Assembly: GCA_050575255.1 (NCBI GenBank)
Contig: JBNZDD010013730.1
Span: 5,820,015-5,884,014, forward strand
Direction: 5' to 3'
Origin: Harriotta raleighana
Lineage: Eukaryota
DNA: 64,000 nt
Of the stretch, positions 39,797-51,715 are shown piece after piece; the first letter of the stretch is position 1, and each line of letters opens with the position of its first letter. The position numbers and the translations under genes are program-made. The notes beneath the pieces are model-generated. The model saw nothing but the letters and a program-made list of their open reading frames with translations. It searched no databases and had not been told where the DNA came from.

Positions 39797-42245
39797 CGCC
39801 CTGTCTGATTTTTCTCATTCCAGCCAAGACCAATAAAATCTCTAAACTAAGATAGCAAAATCCAAATAGATCTGGGACCTTTCCTATCCTTATAGTGAAT
39901 TATTGACTGGAAAACAGAATTTTGCAGAGTGTTATTTAAATAAAATAGCTTTTATTCTATTTCATGTACCACTTCTGTTCTGGTTCATCATTTCATTCTC
40001 TGTAGTTTTCCTTCTTTTATTTAACTTTTTCAGTCTTCAATGTGTTTTTTTTAGAGCAACTGGAGGTTTGGTTTCTGATCCATGTATTGGGATTAATACA
40101 ATGTTTGCAATCTCCAGTTGAGATTTTGAGAATTAATAGGCATTTAAATAGTCAAGAGGTACAATTTAAGATGTGATTTTACATATAAAACATTTACATT
40201 TATTCATAACACCCCATCATTCTGACAAAAAATAAATCCCTCCATATTTCTGAGCTTACTTTGACCTTAAGAACATGAATGCCACTTGTCTTTTGAAATT
40301 GTCTTTTGTTTTGTTGCCCTACGCAATCATCCAGTCAATATTCCATTGCAGAACTGAGTAGAATTTAATATCATTCAAAAAGAGAATAAAATTATTTTTT
40401 AAAGGATGAACAGAATGTTGGGCTGCAACATACATAATGTTTAGTTGTGTTACATCAAAGCAACTCAATCTCAGTTTACTCATAAAAAAAACTTATACGT
40501 GCTGTTTGTCGACAGAGGTTAATAATTTAGCAATGCAAATGTGTCAGCCTGTCAGTCACAGTTGGTGCTGTGGGAGGCGGGTGGTGGTGCTGGGTGTGAA
40601 TGTGTGTGTTGGGGTGGGGGGGGGGGGGGAAGTGAAAGAAAGAAAGAGGACAACATCTGTGAAGGATGTGATTAGAGCCTGACCACCCCATTCAACCCAA
40701 TGTGCCAATGGCAGATCTGGGAGTCCTGTCATTAACATAATAAAGCAACCCAACAAAAGCCTAGCAACCAGCCTGTGGACTTATGTTTATTGGATCTTTC
40801 AATTCATTCTACTGTTGAGACTTCATTTCTGTGCGAGCTGACTGATAGCCCATTTATGTTGAGATCTAACACCTGGTCTTAGCAATCAAATCCACCCAGA
40901 AAGATTCAGCATTGCACTGATGTCTCAGAACCATTTTCAGAAGCAACTCTTTAATGCCTGCTCGCGTTGCAAGTCTGTAGCAGCCACCCCATTTATATTG
41001 CTGGATGTATTCCAATGGAACACGATAGAAAAACAACTGTACACATGAATGTGCGTGCACAGGTGCTTTAAAGTAATTACAAGATCACAAGATTGGTTTG
41101 GTTTGACAAAGGCCCTTTGTCCCATCTGTCCCATTGGGAGGCAGAACACACAGCCACCTCTGACTGCAAACCTGGCTTCACTTATTGTGGTAGTAAGAAT
41201 AGTGCTATCGCTTTGAGGTGGAGCTTGTGGTCTCCATGTTTGTTTTACAAGACCACAATAATCAGAGGAGTTACAAAGACCAGCAGCTCAGTCATGGCAT
41301 CTGAGTGCATACAGGATAGAGAGCGTGTGCCTGTGTTCATAAGCAGAGATTCCTTCAAAGAATTTTTTTTGGGTGCATTTTGTGGCAGCAAGTGGAATCG
41401 AAGGGCTCCACGGAGCAGAGAAGTGTTGTAGGACGCAATAACTGGTATGTTCGCCAGCCACATGGATGGGTGGTAAAGAAAGGGATTTAGAGCTAATTTA
41501 TTGTTCCAAGTGAGTCTTCGAGTGTTTGAATCGACACCGCCCGATCTCTGAAGTGGGTCCGGATTATACTGGGAGCAATTTGGAACATGTAGATTGGAAT
41601 AAGAGTATTCAAGTCAAATTTCAAGATACATCCATCCGATGTTTGTCACATAAACATGTTGATACATAGGAAGCATTAGCATTTCAAACCCAAACAGGTT
41701 AAAGCTACAATAAGATACAGTATCTCGTGACATGACTGCAATCTCCACATACAAAAAATTGTTATCCACATTTTGTTACAATGTCAGGTAAAACTCACGT
41801 TCCAAATTTAGCATTACACTATCAAAAGGCCAACTGAGAGCATAAAATGTTGATCGATTGATGTCCTGCTGAAATAATGTACCTATAATAAACCAACAAG
41901 TGACTTATTATAGTGATGACTCTTTTCTTTGACATGGGACAAGCTCAAGAGTGAGCAGAAATACCTTAAATGATTGTAAGTAGTTGATAACAGCAGGATG
42001 ACATTAATCATCTATCGCATGGCTGCAATGTAGCAAGGTGCACGTGATGTTCTCTTGCCTTTATCCATCATTTTTACAATCCCATTACAAGTATACCAGT
42101 CACTTAGGAATAATACAGGAATAAGCTCCTCATTCCACAACAGTGACAAATTTGGTTATATTTTAAAGGAGATTTCCTTTGAAGGAGGAACGGTTTCTAT
42201 CTTTGTACAACGTGTTATGGGTTGGTGGATGACAAAGAGGTGATA

Positions 42246-42458
42246 CAGGCAGTCCTCAAGTTACGTCAGGGTTAGCTTCCTGAGATGTGGTGTAAGTCAA
42301 ATTTGTATGTAAGTCGAGTCACCCCCCTATAATGCTTTCAGTAACACACAGTGATTGGTTGTAGTGTCGTAACTTCGAGACTTTGGATGTAACTCGGACG
42401 TAATTTTACCGATATTAAGCGTCGCAACTTCGGAACGTCGTAACTTGAGGACTGCCTG
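42246..42458. mobile_element. MITE of the Tc1/mariner superfamily (Tigger/pogo-like), 213 bp
   Basis: Perfect 20-bp terminal inverted repeats CAGGCAGTCCTCAAGTTACG / CGTAACTTGAGGACTGCCTG, TA target duplication at 42244-45 and 42459-60, no ORF. Confidence 0.95.
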
Positions 42459-43670
42459 TATCTGTTTGGGTTAATACTATATCATGCACATATCTATACA
42501 CAGCTCCTGTAAATTACTTTGCATAGTTAATACTTCCCAAACTCTGTCTAATATTTAATTGGTTTCACAAAACTAATTAGTTTTAAGTTAGCCTCTTTTC
42601 AAAAAAAAATGCTCATCGCATCCACGGAAAATAAAGTCCAAGGTAATTTTCAAAATGATAATTCTGACCCCCCCTCCCCTCATAAAATGCAATATTACTG
42701 GGTGTAATCAGACCAGGGTTCAGAATTCAGGGGAATATGTCTATTTATAGCATACGCTGAAGAAAGTAGAAAATTCTAATTGAGCATTAATTTTGGATGT
42801 AGCGCAAATATGTTTCTGCAATTCTCCTAGGTCTTATGAGACATGCTGGGATCTCATCTGTAATGTAATTTCTATCTCTTGTCATTGCACAATATGCTGG
42901 ATATTTATTTTAAAACAAACGAGAGCTTTGACTAGTGAGACCTTGATGCACAGCACACTGTCTGTGTATGAATCTCATTTTAAAAGTACTGATCTGTTCA
43001 GTGTGAAAATAGAGCTGGGAACTCCAGAAAAAAATAAATCCAAACCCTTTTGTTTTAAGTACCCTAAAGGAAACTTCAGCGATCACAATTGTCACAGGGA
43101 TGGATGATGAAAGTTTTTGTCAGGGCACGGAATACAAATCACATTCCTGTTACTAACATTGCTCTTTCTCCTAGTTGCAGGCACATCATCAACCTTAATG
43201 ATAAACTCTTTCCACAAAAGTAATTCTTAAGCCTCAGGACCAAACACCTCGGTGGTATCCTGAGAGTACATTCCACAAACATCATCAATCTCCTTCTGTG
43301 TGTGATTTACAACCTCTCCTCGAAAAAAGACTCAAACTGTTCCTGATCAGGCCCTGAAGCATCAAATTGGGATTTTCCTCCTATCTGCCCTCTGAGCATT
43401 CTTGCGCACAAACATACACACATTTACACACACATATCTGGATACATACACGCCAAAAAAGAGCACTGACAAAATCCTCACTGTCAAGATTTTTTTTCTC
43501 TCTCTAGCCTTGGTTTACAATGAACAGCTGGGTTCAATTAGTTCACCGCTAGATCTTTTCCTGTTTTGGCAAAATCATACGAGCAGATGCACATTAATTA
43601 TTAATTGTTCCAAACTTGCTATAAAAATTAAGGGAAGAAACTAAAATACCATAACAGCATGACCAATGTA

Positions 43671-43717
43671 TACACACACACACACACACACACACATGCA
43701 CACACACACCCACGCAC
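43671..43717. repeat. (CA)n microsatellite
   Basis: Direct inspection. Confidence 0.9.
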
Positions 43718-45499
43718 AAAATAGCAGTTCGAAGTCGCTAAACGATTCTCGACGTGTGCATTAAAAGCAAATCAAGCTTCAGGCCGCTCTCTCGTTTACT
43801 AACACTGTGACGGGTGACACAACAGTATTCAAAGTCAATCAAGTCATCTGCTAGCAAGACCAGCACATATTGCAGGGTGTTTTGAACGCTAATGCAAGTG
43901 TTCTGTGGTTTTCACAGTACAAGATTATTTTTAAAAACTAGTTACTTAGAATATTTGTTTTACTTGCATTTTAATTGAAGTGCCTGGTGCTATTTGATAC
44001 CATTGGACTTTATTGCAGATTCCCACAAGGTCACCATTATGAGATCCTATTTCCCAGGGTTTCTGATCTAATTGTCAGTCAACAAGTTACAGTAAGCACA
44101 GCTTCCTTTGACTCTCATGGCTTTCCACTGTGGGAAAAACAAAAGACATGTGCTCCATCATTCTGTCAGGAAGGTTTCATAACAAATTACCTAGTTTCTC
44201 TCAAAAGAAAATACTGTGAAAATTTTCCAAGCTACAACAATTTTCTTGGGCTGTGGTCCGTATTCTCGTGAACGCTGTGAAACTAGTCAAGCTTCCAGGT
44301 GTAAAGAGGCAATTTTTTCGGCAGCATTCTTAAAGGACCCTGGTGTCTCCTTCGAATAAATTGTCACACAAGAGAATTTAACATGACCTTAAGTTGCAGA
44401 ATGTTTTTGAGCCCTGGTTTGGTGATTTAATGATAAACTGATATAAGTGGCCAATAATTTAAAAGGGTAGTTTTTATTTTAATAAAAAAGCTTTTTCAAA
44501 AATGACACCCTTGTCATGTCTCATCGGCAGTGACATCTTCTTCACAGAAAGTGGATGTAAAACATTTTTTTGCCAACTTTCAGAACGAACATAATCTTGA
44601 TTGTTAAGGTTGCAACAGGTTTATGCAACAAGACATGGAAAATATAATAGGAACCAGAAAACAACCTGTATTGGCTGTCAACATTGAAGAAATGTTGAGA
44701 GATTTAGGGCTCTATTTAGTCATATTAGCTTTCAAAAGGAAATATGATAGATACCTAAAAAGGAATCATTTTGCAGAGGTATGTGGAAAGGGCTGATAAA
44801 TAGAATTGAATGTCTGGTTTTGTATTTGCAATCAGTGAGAGATTATAAACCTTTTTGTGTGTAAAAAAAACATGGTGATGTATTAGTTTGGCATGTATTT
44901 ACATTTCAGTTCTTCAAATACAAGTGCTCAAACATGAGACCCGTGAAGGGAGTAAACGCTGTTGTTTTTGTTGTTTTAAGACAATCATGGGAAACTAGTG
45001 GACAAAATTAGAGGGACTCGGTTCGTATGAATGGAGGAAGATGGGCCCGAATGTTCTTAGATAATTAAAGGATTTGTATTTGTTACTGGGTCAGTGTGAG
45101 CATTGGAAGGAGTTGAGGTAAACAGAACAGTAAATCTATAAGGAAGGGAAACTGATGATTAAAAATAATTGGTGGGCAGAATGAAAATTCACCATGATGT
45201 TGAGCTGAATAATCAATAATACAGTATCATGGGTTCCCAAAGGGTCTACTGGCGTCCAGAACTACTTCACAGTTCAGGGTTCCCTTCAGTCCAGTTGAGA
45301 GGTCCAGGAATTGATCTTCTGTGCAGCAGAACCAGCTGGGCTTCCAGTCTGATTTGTGAGCAGGTTTTGTAGGAATAGGAATGGTTACTGAGGGCTAGGA
45401 AGGTTAACTCTGCAAGGCAAAGCTCTAACAAGTAGGGCTATCCTAGTTGGATCAGCCAAGGGAAGATTGTCAGCATTTGTAAGGGTGGCTTCCACCAAG

Positions 45500-45603
45500 A
45501 TCCATTTTCGCCCACAAAAAACAGTCCATTCGACAGTGTGAAGCACTTTGAGACTTCTTAATTATGTGATAAAGCGCCATGTCAAATATGAGGATTATTA
45601 TTA
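45500..45603 (+). mobile_element. SINE 3' fragment
   Basis: TTTCGCCCACAAA...GTGAAGCACTTTGAGAC...AAAGCGCCATGTCAAATATGAGGATTATTATT. Confidence 0.8.
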
Positions 45604-46831
45604 TAATCCCAACACACACACTGGGCACCGAAGCCTTGCTCTTGTCAACCTGTATCTGTATTCTGGGATCAGGTACAAAGGGTGTATTTTTCTGGGAAAC
45701 GAATATGCACTATGACAAATAGGATCCATACATATGTATGGGGATGGGTTTCACATGTATCAGATATCTGGCTGCTCCTCAAAAAATCCAGCCCTGAGCT
45801 ACAGTGTCGAATAAAACAATATAGGTATTTGATTGTGGCAATCAGAGAATAAACCCACATGATGTCAACGTATGGAGCGCAGAAACGCCATTTCAGCAAT
45901 TCAGAGCCTCTATTGATAAATTCAACATCTTAAGAGTGAACAGTAGCATGTGCATCAAGAAATCCAAGTACAGAAAGATGATGTTGTAGCTTCCCAGTAT
46001 ACACATGATCCACAGCAGAGTTCCAACCCACGTATACTGGGCCAGGTAGTGTGTAAAAGTTTCCAAACAATAACAGATCCTGTTAAGCTTTTTTTTTTTT
46101 TGCGCGGCAGCCATTTTCTAACACTTAAAAGTGTCCAAAGTGGATTAATTAAGGAGTAATGAAGTGCAGGTGTGCAATATTAGTGATTAATGTAGCCAGC
46201 GTTTAGCTCACCCCATGCCGACAGAACGGCTAATCTTGAGAAGCTATTTATAATGGCCTTGTTCTTTTCTCATTAGTGTGCTTTTTGACAGTGCTGGAAG
46301 ATGAAGCATTTCTTGCATACTAAGCACCTGTACATCAGGTAGCGCACAGGTCATCCCACAGACAAGGGACCCCTGTTTCACTCTGACAAGTAAATCCCGC
46401 GGATCAAACCCTCCTCCTCCCACCTGCAAGTCTACGATATATATATTTGTTAAGAATGAATATTGACGTTTGTAAACACTTTAAGACATGTTTGAAATGA
46501 AGCAATAGTTCACATAAAATATTTAATAAACACTCCAACAATAATCCAAAGTATCGTATTAAACAACAAATAAATTGTGGTTTAGGAGCTCAGTCAGATT
46601 TGGAGTAAATGAGCTCAAGTCTCAGGGTAAATATCAATGTTATTACCAGGCTATGTTTAATACCCTGTGCTCTCCATTCCTGTCTCCGAAGCTGCTATTC
46701 TGTTTTGCAAAAGGTGTTAAAATTGTGCAATAATTTCTCTTAAAGGAGCAGAACAGTGTTTATTTTGTGTTGAAACAAACCTTGGGTTTTGGCCCTAAAA
46801 AATTCGGACCTCAGAAGTGGATGGTGTTGAG

Positions 46832-46955
46832 ATAATCATAATAATCCTTCCATTTGATATACATAGTGCCTGATCAAATCTTTGAGATATCTCAGAAGTG
46901 CTTCATAGAAAGTGTAAAGTGTAAAGTGAATTGACTGCTTATTTTGTAGGCAAAA
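46832..46955 (-). mobile_element. SINE 3' fragment
   Basis: ATAATAATCCTTCCATTTGATAT...GTAAAGTGAATTGACTG. Confidence 0.8.
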
Positions 46956-49160
46956 CACCAAAAGAACAAAGCTGCAAAACAACATACAAGCAAATCTGTT
47001 CATAATGCTTTCTGTCAGTGGACAATTTGAAATGGAAACAGTATGACAAATAAAGAAATTTCAAGATGTACAAACTGATTTGAGCAGCAGCTGATTTGAA
47101 TGTTTTTACAGAGATAATTTTGGTATTCTCTTTTTTTAAAAAAAAAAGCTGTTAAATATCCATCAGCTGTAACTATCAGCCTTTGCAGACATCATGTGTT
47201 AAATGATTTCATACTGCTCCTTTATTAGTTACTTACCGGTCTTTGGTATCTGCCCTATAGGCTCAGCTGTTCAGGCTTTCCTTTCTTGACATGTCCCTTT
47301 CTCTAATTAAAGCTTCCATTTCTTATGCTGTACAGAGAAGCCTTTCCCCGGCATCTCCTCTCTCCCCTGTATTTTTAATATATTACAGCTTTGTTCATTA
47401 GCAACGTGAAAAGGCTCACGGCATGGGGTGCCCAATGTGATCTCAACTCTTACTCCTGACCATCTGGCTGGGGAAGCCCACAACATCAATTTCAGGGTCA
47501 TTTATAATTGGTGCTTTAAAACACATATATTTTACTGCTGGCTTCCGCACACTTGAAATTAAAAAAAATTCCTTTCTCCAGATGGCTCAGTAAGCAAAGC
47601 CATTTCTTGGTGTGAAATGCAAACTCCAAAAGCTTCAATTGCTGATCTGTGCTGGACAACAGTTAGGATGCAAACAACAACAACAACAAAATTACAGTTA
47701 CTTTCACGTTGGGAGGCACAAAAGGAAATGATCAGGATGATCACTGTCCACTGGATCTACCCTGGAAAGTGCACATGTGTGAACATGAGTGAGGACAGCT
47801 TCTGGGTTGTCTGTGACTTCCTCAATGGTCTATTGCCCTCCTGTACTGATTGCCTCGACTGGCACATAAAAAAGATCAATTTTGGGAGAAACCAGAGGCC
47901 ATCCATCAATTATTTGAGCAATGGAGCTGCACCCCAGCATGATTCAGTGTGGGGGAGTAGCGGGAATTCAGAAACAAACCGAGTTATTGTATTTTCACAA
48001 AATGTTTCAGCGACGAGCAAAAAAAAAAGTTTTTTTCGGAAATAAAATCTAACAAAGTTGTGCTTTTCTAATGCAGTGAAAACGAAAGGTTAATGCGGAA
48101 CAAAGCAACCAGTCAAATCTCTTTTCAGAAGTGGATTAAAACCCTTGCTCATCCATTATAATGACTTCCATATTGCACATACCAAAGCTTTTCCCACCAG
48201 CACACCGTACACTCAGTGTGCTTGTTAAAAAAAAATGAAAAAGGTGAGGCTGGACTCAGAGGACAAAACAATGCAAACTGATTGAGCTCCAAATCTGAAA
48301 GGAAAATAAACACATAAAATATGAGAGAACTGCAAAGATTGAAATAACTTAATGGGTAAATAAGCATTACGTGAGGATCTTGATGGTTGAAGGAAGAAGC
48401 AGGCTTGTGGTTGGAGGCACTGGAAATCCATATATTAAGGATCTTGATATAGTGCTAGTAATACAGCTGTTTGGTGTTTTCTCAAGGGCACGTATGATGT
48501 TTGATCACCAAAAAAACACAAGGAAAAAAAAGGCATCATTTGTTATTGGTTGCCTGCTGCATGTGCCATGGTTTAAGATTGCATGGGGGAGCTGCCCTAG
48601 TTTTACTCTTATTATTTTCAGGGAAATAAGATTCTTCTCATCAATCCTACAGTATGGCTGAAATATTATAAAGGTGCTTTGTTGGTACTTACGATGCATT
48701 TGACTTGACTCCTCATGCGCTAGAATTAATATATTTTCATTTTGCTGTTCAGCAGATTTCCATATCTGATTGAGACGCTCACAAGAGTTTCAGATCGATA
48801 TCTTGTATCAAAAATGTGGATTATAAAGGTGAGGAGATTTAGGCCATGTATATAAAAAACACATAAATGGTTCATGTGAAGAAGCATCACATATGAATAA
48901 GCATTAAAAAAATCCATTGGTGGATGTAAATCAACAGGAATTTTTTTTAAAAATGTGGACAGCAATTTGAGAAACTTTCTTTTGAAAGTTGCTTACTCCT
49001 TTTATAAAAGAGTGGGATTATTTGTTCACCTATCAAAACTAGTGCTAGTTCCCCAACCTGGAGCTTTCTGCAAGCCCTTTTAAGTAACTATCCAAGACCC
49101 TTTTATATGATGTTGTGGACTTGATTCTACCATTTTTGGTAAAAGATTCCATATTCTCAT

Positions 49161-49230
49161 AACAACAACAACAAAATTACACTTGTATAGCGCCTTTCAC
49201 ATGGGGAGGACGTCCCAAAGTGCTGAACAG
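49161..49230 (-). mobile_element. L2-type 3' tail stub
   Basis: (AAC)n...CTTGTATAGCGCCTTTCAC...GGACGTCCCAAAGTGCT. Confidence 0.8.
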
Positions 49231-49339
49231 TCACTTCATAGTAAAATTCTGTGAAGTGTATTTTCTCTCCAACTATGTAAATGTGAATCTTGTACATCCC
49301 CAATTTGTACTTTTTATTTCTGGTAAATCGTTAATTATG

Positions 49340-49850
49340 TTAACCATAACAACTAGCATTTACTGTATATAGCATTCTCCATGGTGGGCGCAGTCCCAGA
49401 GCACTTAATGATGGTGAAGCTTGATGCCGAGCCAGGGGGAAGAGGATATAGGGATGGCCAAAGAGGAAGCTTTTCTGGTGCAACTTGAAAACGGGGAAGG
49501 AGGCAGTTCCATAGCTTTGGGGAATAGTGGCTGAAGGCATGGCCGCCGTTGGTGGAGCAGAGGATTTGAGGGTAAAGGAGAAGGTTGGAGCCAGCAGCGC
49601 GGAGGCAGTGGGTAGTGCTGTGAGGAAATTCGAGAGGTGGTGCCCAGGCATGGAGGGATTTAAACACTGAAGTGAGAATCTTGAAGTCAATCTGCTCTGT
49701 GACAGTGAGGCAGTGGAGGTGGCAAGGACTGGGGTAATCGGAGTGTGGGTTTAGTGCGGGTGAGAATGTGGGTGGTGGAGGTTTGAATGAGTTGAATATT
49801 GTGAATGGTGGAGGAGTGGGGACCAGCAAGGAGGGCATTTGAGTACTACT
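49340..49850 (-). mobile_element. L2 LINE 3' fragment (ORF2 C-terminus and tail)
   Basis: Translation LHCLTVTEQIDFKILTSVFKSLHAWAP...AFSHYSPKLWNCL matches L2 motifs LHWLP..RI.FK.L...FK.L.G.AP and AFS..AP.LWN.LP. Confidence 0.9.
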
Positions 49851-51196
49851 CATGAGTTAAATACTCATTTTTGAGATAATATTACTTTATTTACTTTATG
49901 AAAACCATTCATAGTTTTGAAAACCTCAATTTGATACTCATTTGTTTGTTGTTGCAGAGAATCAGTTCCACCAGCAAACTAATCTGGAGTTAGTTTACTT
50001 CTCCCATGGTTGAACATAGATCCAAGATGGTTCTTGTATTTGTAACACAAGAGAGGGATCGTTGTCTAATTTTAACTGAAGGTCTCATGTATTATTGATA
50101 ATTACACTGCAGCATCATTGCGAGTATCTGATTTAACAAGGAATGTGAAAATCAGAATGATTCTTGCTCAGAACGTGCAAATTTGCCAAGTAGCTGTTGA
50201 TGTTGTTATCTATCAGCAAAGAGGGACATGGACAAAATGCAATCACCCCATGTGCAGTACCACTCTTGAAATAATGCAGATCACGGTACGATATTTGCTA
50301 ATACTATAATTCTTGAGGAGAACACTCACATTCTGCATGTAGCAGTTCACAAAGCAGGGATTTTGTCCACACCAATTTAATTGTATGCCTGCATTGTCCA
50401 CTTTACATTAAACTGATTAATATACTGTGATTTCTACTTCATTCTTGTCTAAAAATCATAAAATATTATCAAATGCCCACTGCATGATTGTCATATTTAA
50501 TTTGAGCAACTGCTGTTTCTTATTCAGGCAGCATAACATAGAACTGACAAAGTGTGAAGCATTGGTTGCCTGTACTGGTGGAAAGAGAGACGTAACTGAA
50601 AACATGTAATCCAGTCTTCCGATGAAGACCACTGAGCAATGAATTCTCAAATGCATTTTGTAAGAGAATGAAAAAGCATTGATTGAAAGCTGAGTCATAT
50701 AATCACACCTCAGTTTTTTATTTTTGATTAAATGTTTTGATTTCAAGGATATTCTTTGCATTTTCCTTTTGTAAAATGTCTGGAACCCCACACCTTTGTC
50801 ACATTCAATTTGAAGTTTTATTTTAATTATATTCACTTCAGTTTTGAATAGAAGAGTTAGGAAGAGCTGAACAGAAGAGAACAAACACAACTGAAACTTC
50901 TGGAAATTGACAATAGGTCTCTTAAATGTTAGTTGAAGGCCATTCGCTCCATTGTATAAACTGGTTATCTGGATGTAACAAAGCAATACAATTGTACATG
51001 TTAGAAGACAATTCCTCCACACTGAGGTAAAAGATTCATGTCCCAGAAGTAGTGGTAAATTCATAATTTGTTTGTGTAGAGATAAAATGCTCAAACTCTG
51101 AAACATCCTCCAGAATAATGGAAATGAATGTCAATTGATTGACCAGCCATTAAGATCATTCCTCCTGTTGGTCAATACTGGCAAGACACTTCCAGG

Positions 51197-51545
51197 AAAT
51201 AATAATCCTTGCATTTCATAAAACACCCATTCACTTTGGTGGATGTCTCAAAGTGCTTCACAAGATATACTGTAAAATGGTGTGACTGTGAGCATTTGGT
51301 GCAAATGTGACAGCCAGTATGCACACAACAATAATAATAATCCTTGCAATTGATAGAGCACTTTTCACATCTTCTAGACGTCTCAAAGCGCTTCACAGAA
51401 TATACTGTAAAGTGAATTACCTGTATATTTGTGGGCGAAATGCGGCAGCCAATTGCGCACAGCAGTGTCCCACAAACAGTCGTGGATTGAAATGACCAAT
51501 TTATTATAGGTTTTTTTTCAGGGATTATTATTAGGCGTGTGGAGC
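51197..51545 (-). mobile_element. Two adjacent SINE copies (older 51197-51327, younger 51328-51545)
   Basis: Two AATAATAATCCTTGCA tails; the second is close to the copy at 26873 and retains many CpGs. Confidence 0.92.
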
Positions 51546-51715
51546 GGAGTTACAAAGGGTGAGGTTAAAGAGGCTGAAGGCCTGACCACCGATGGAGAGG
51601 CATGCGGACATGAGACATCGAGCAGGTCGCAGCCTGCTGAGTGCAGGGAGAGTACCAGTTGATGTAGGGTCAGTAGGTCACAGACATAGGAAGGAGCAAG
51701 GCTACGGAGAGCCTT
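51546..51715 (-). mobile_element. L2 ORF2 C-terminal fragment
   Basis: Translation ALRSLAPSYVCDLLTLHQ...LHSAG resembles LAPSYLSDLL.PY.P.R.LRS. Confidence 0.75.

Noticed and set aside
47617-48045. 142-aa ORF
   Set aside because: The central part overlaps a decayed SINE relic; no protein homology recognised
50456-51106. Longest ORF in the track (216 aa, minus strand)
   Set aside because: L/F/I/K-rich composition expected from AT-rich non-coding DNA, with no recognisable domain or splice context
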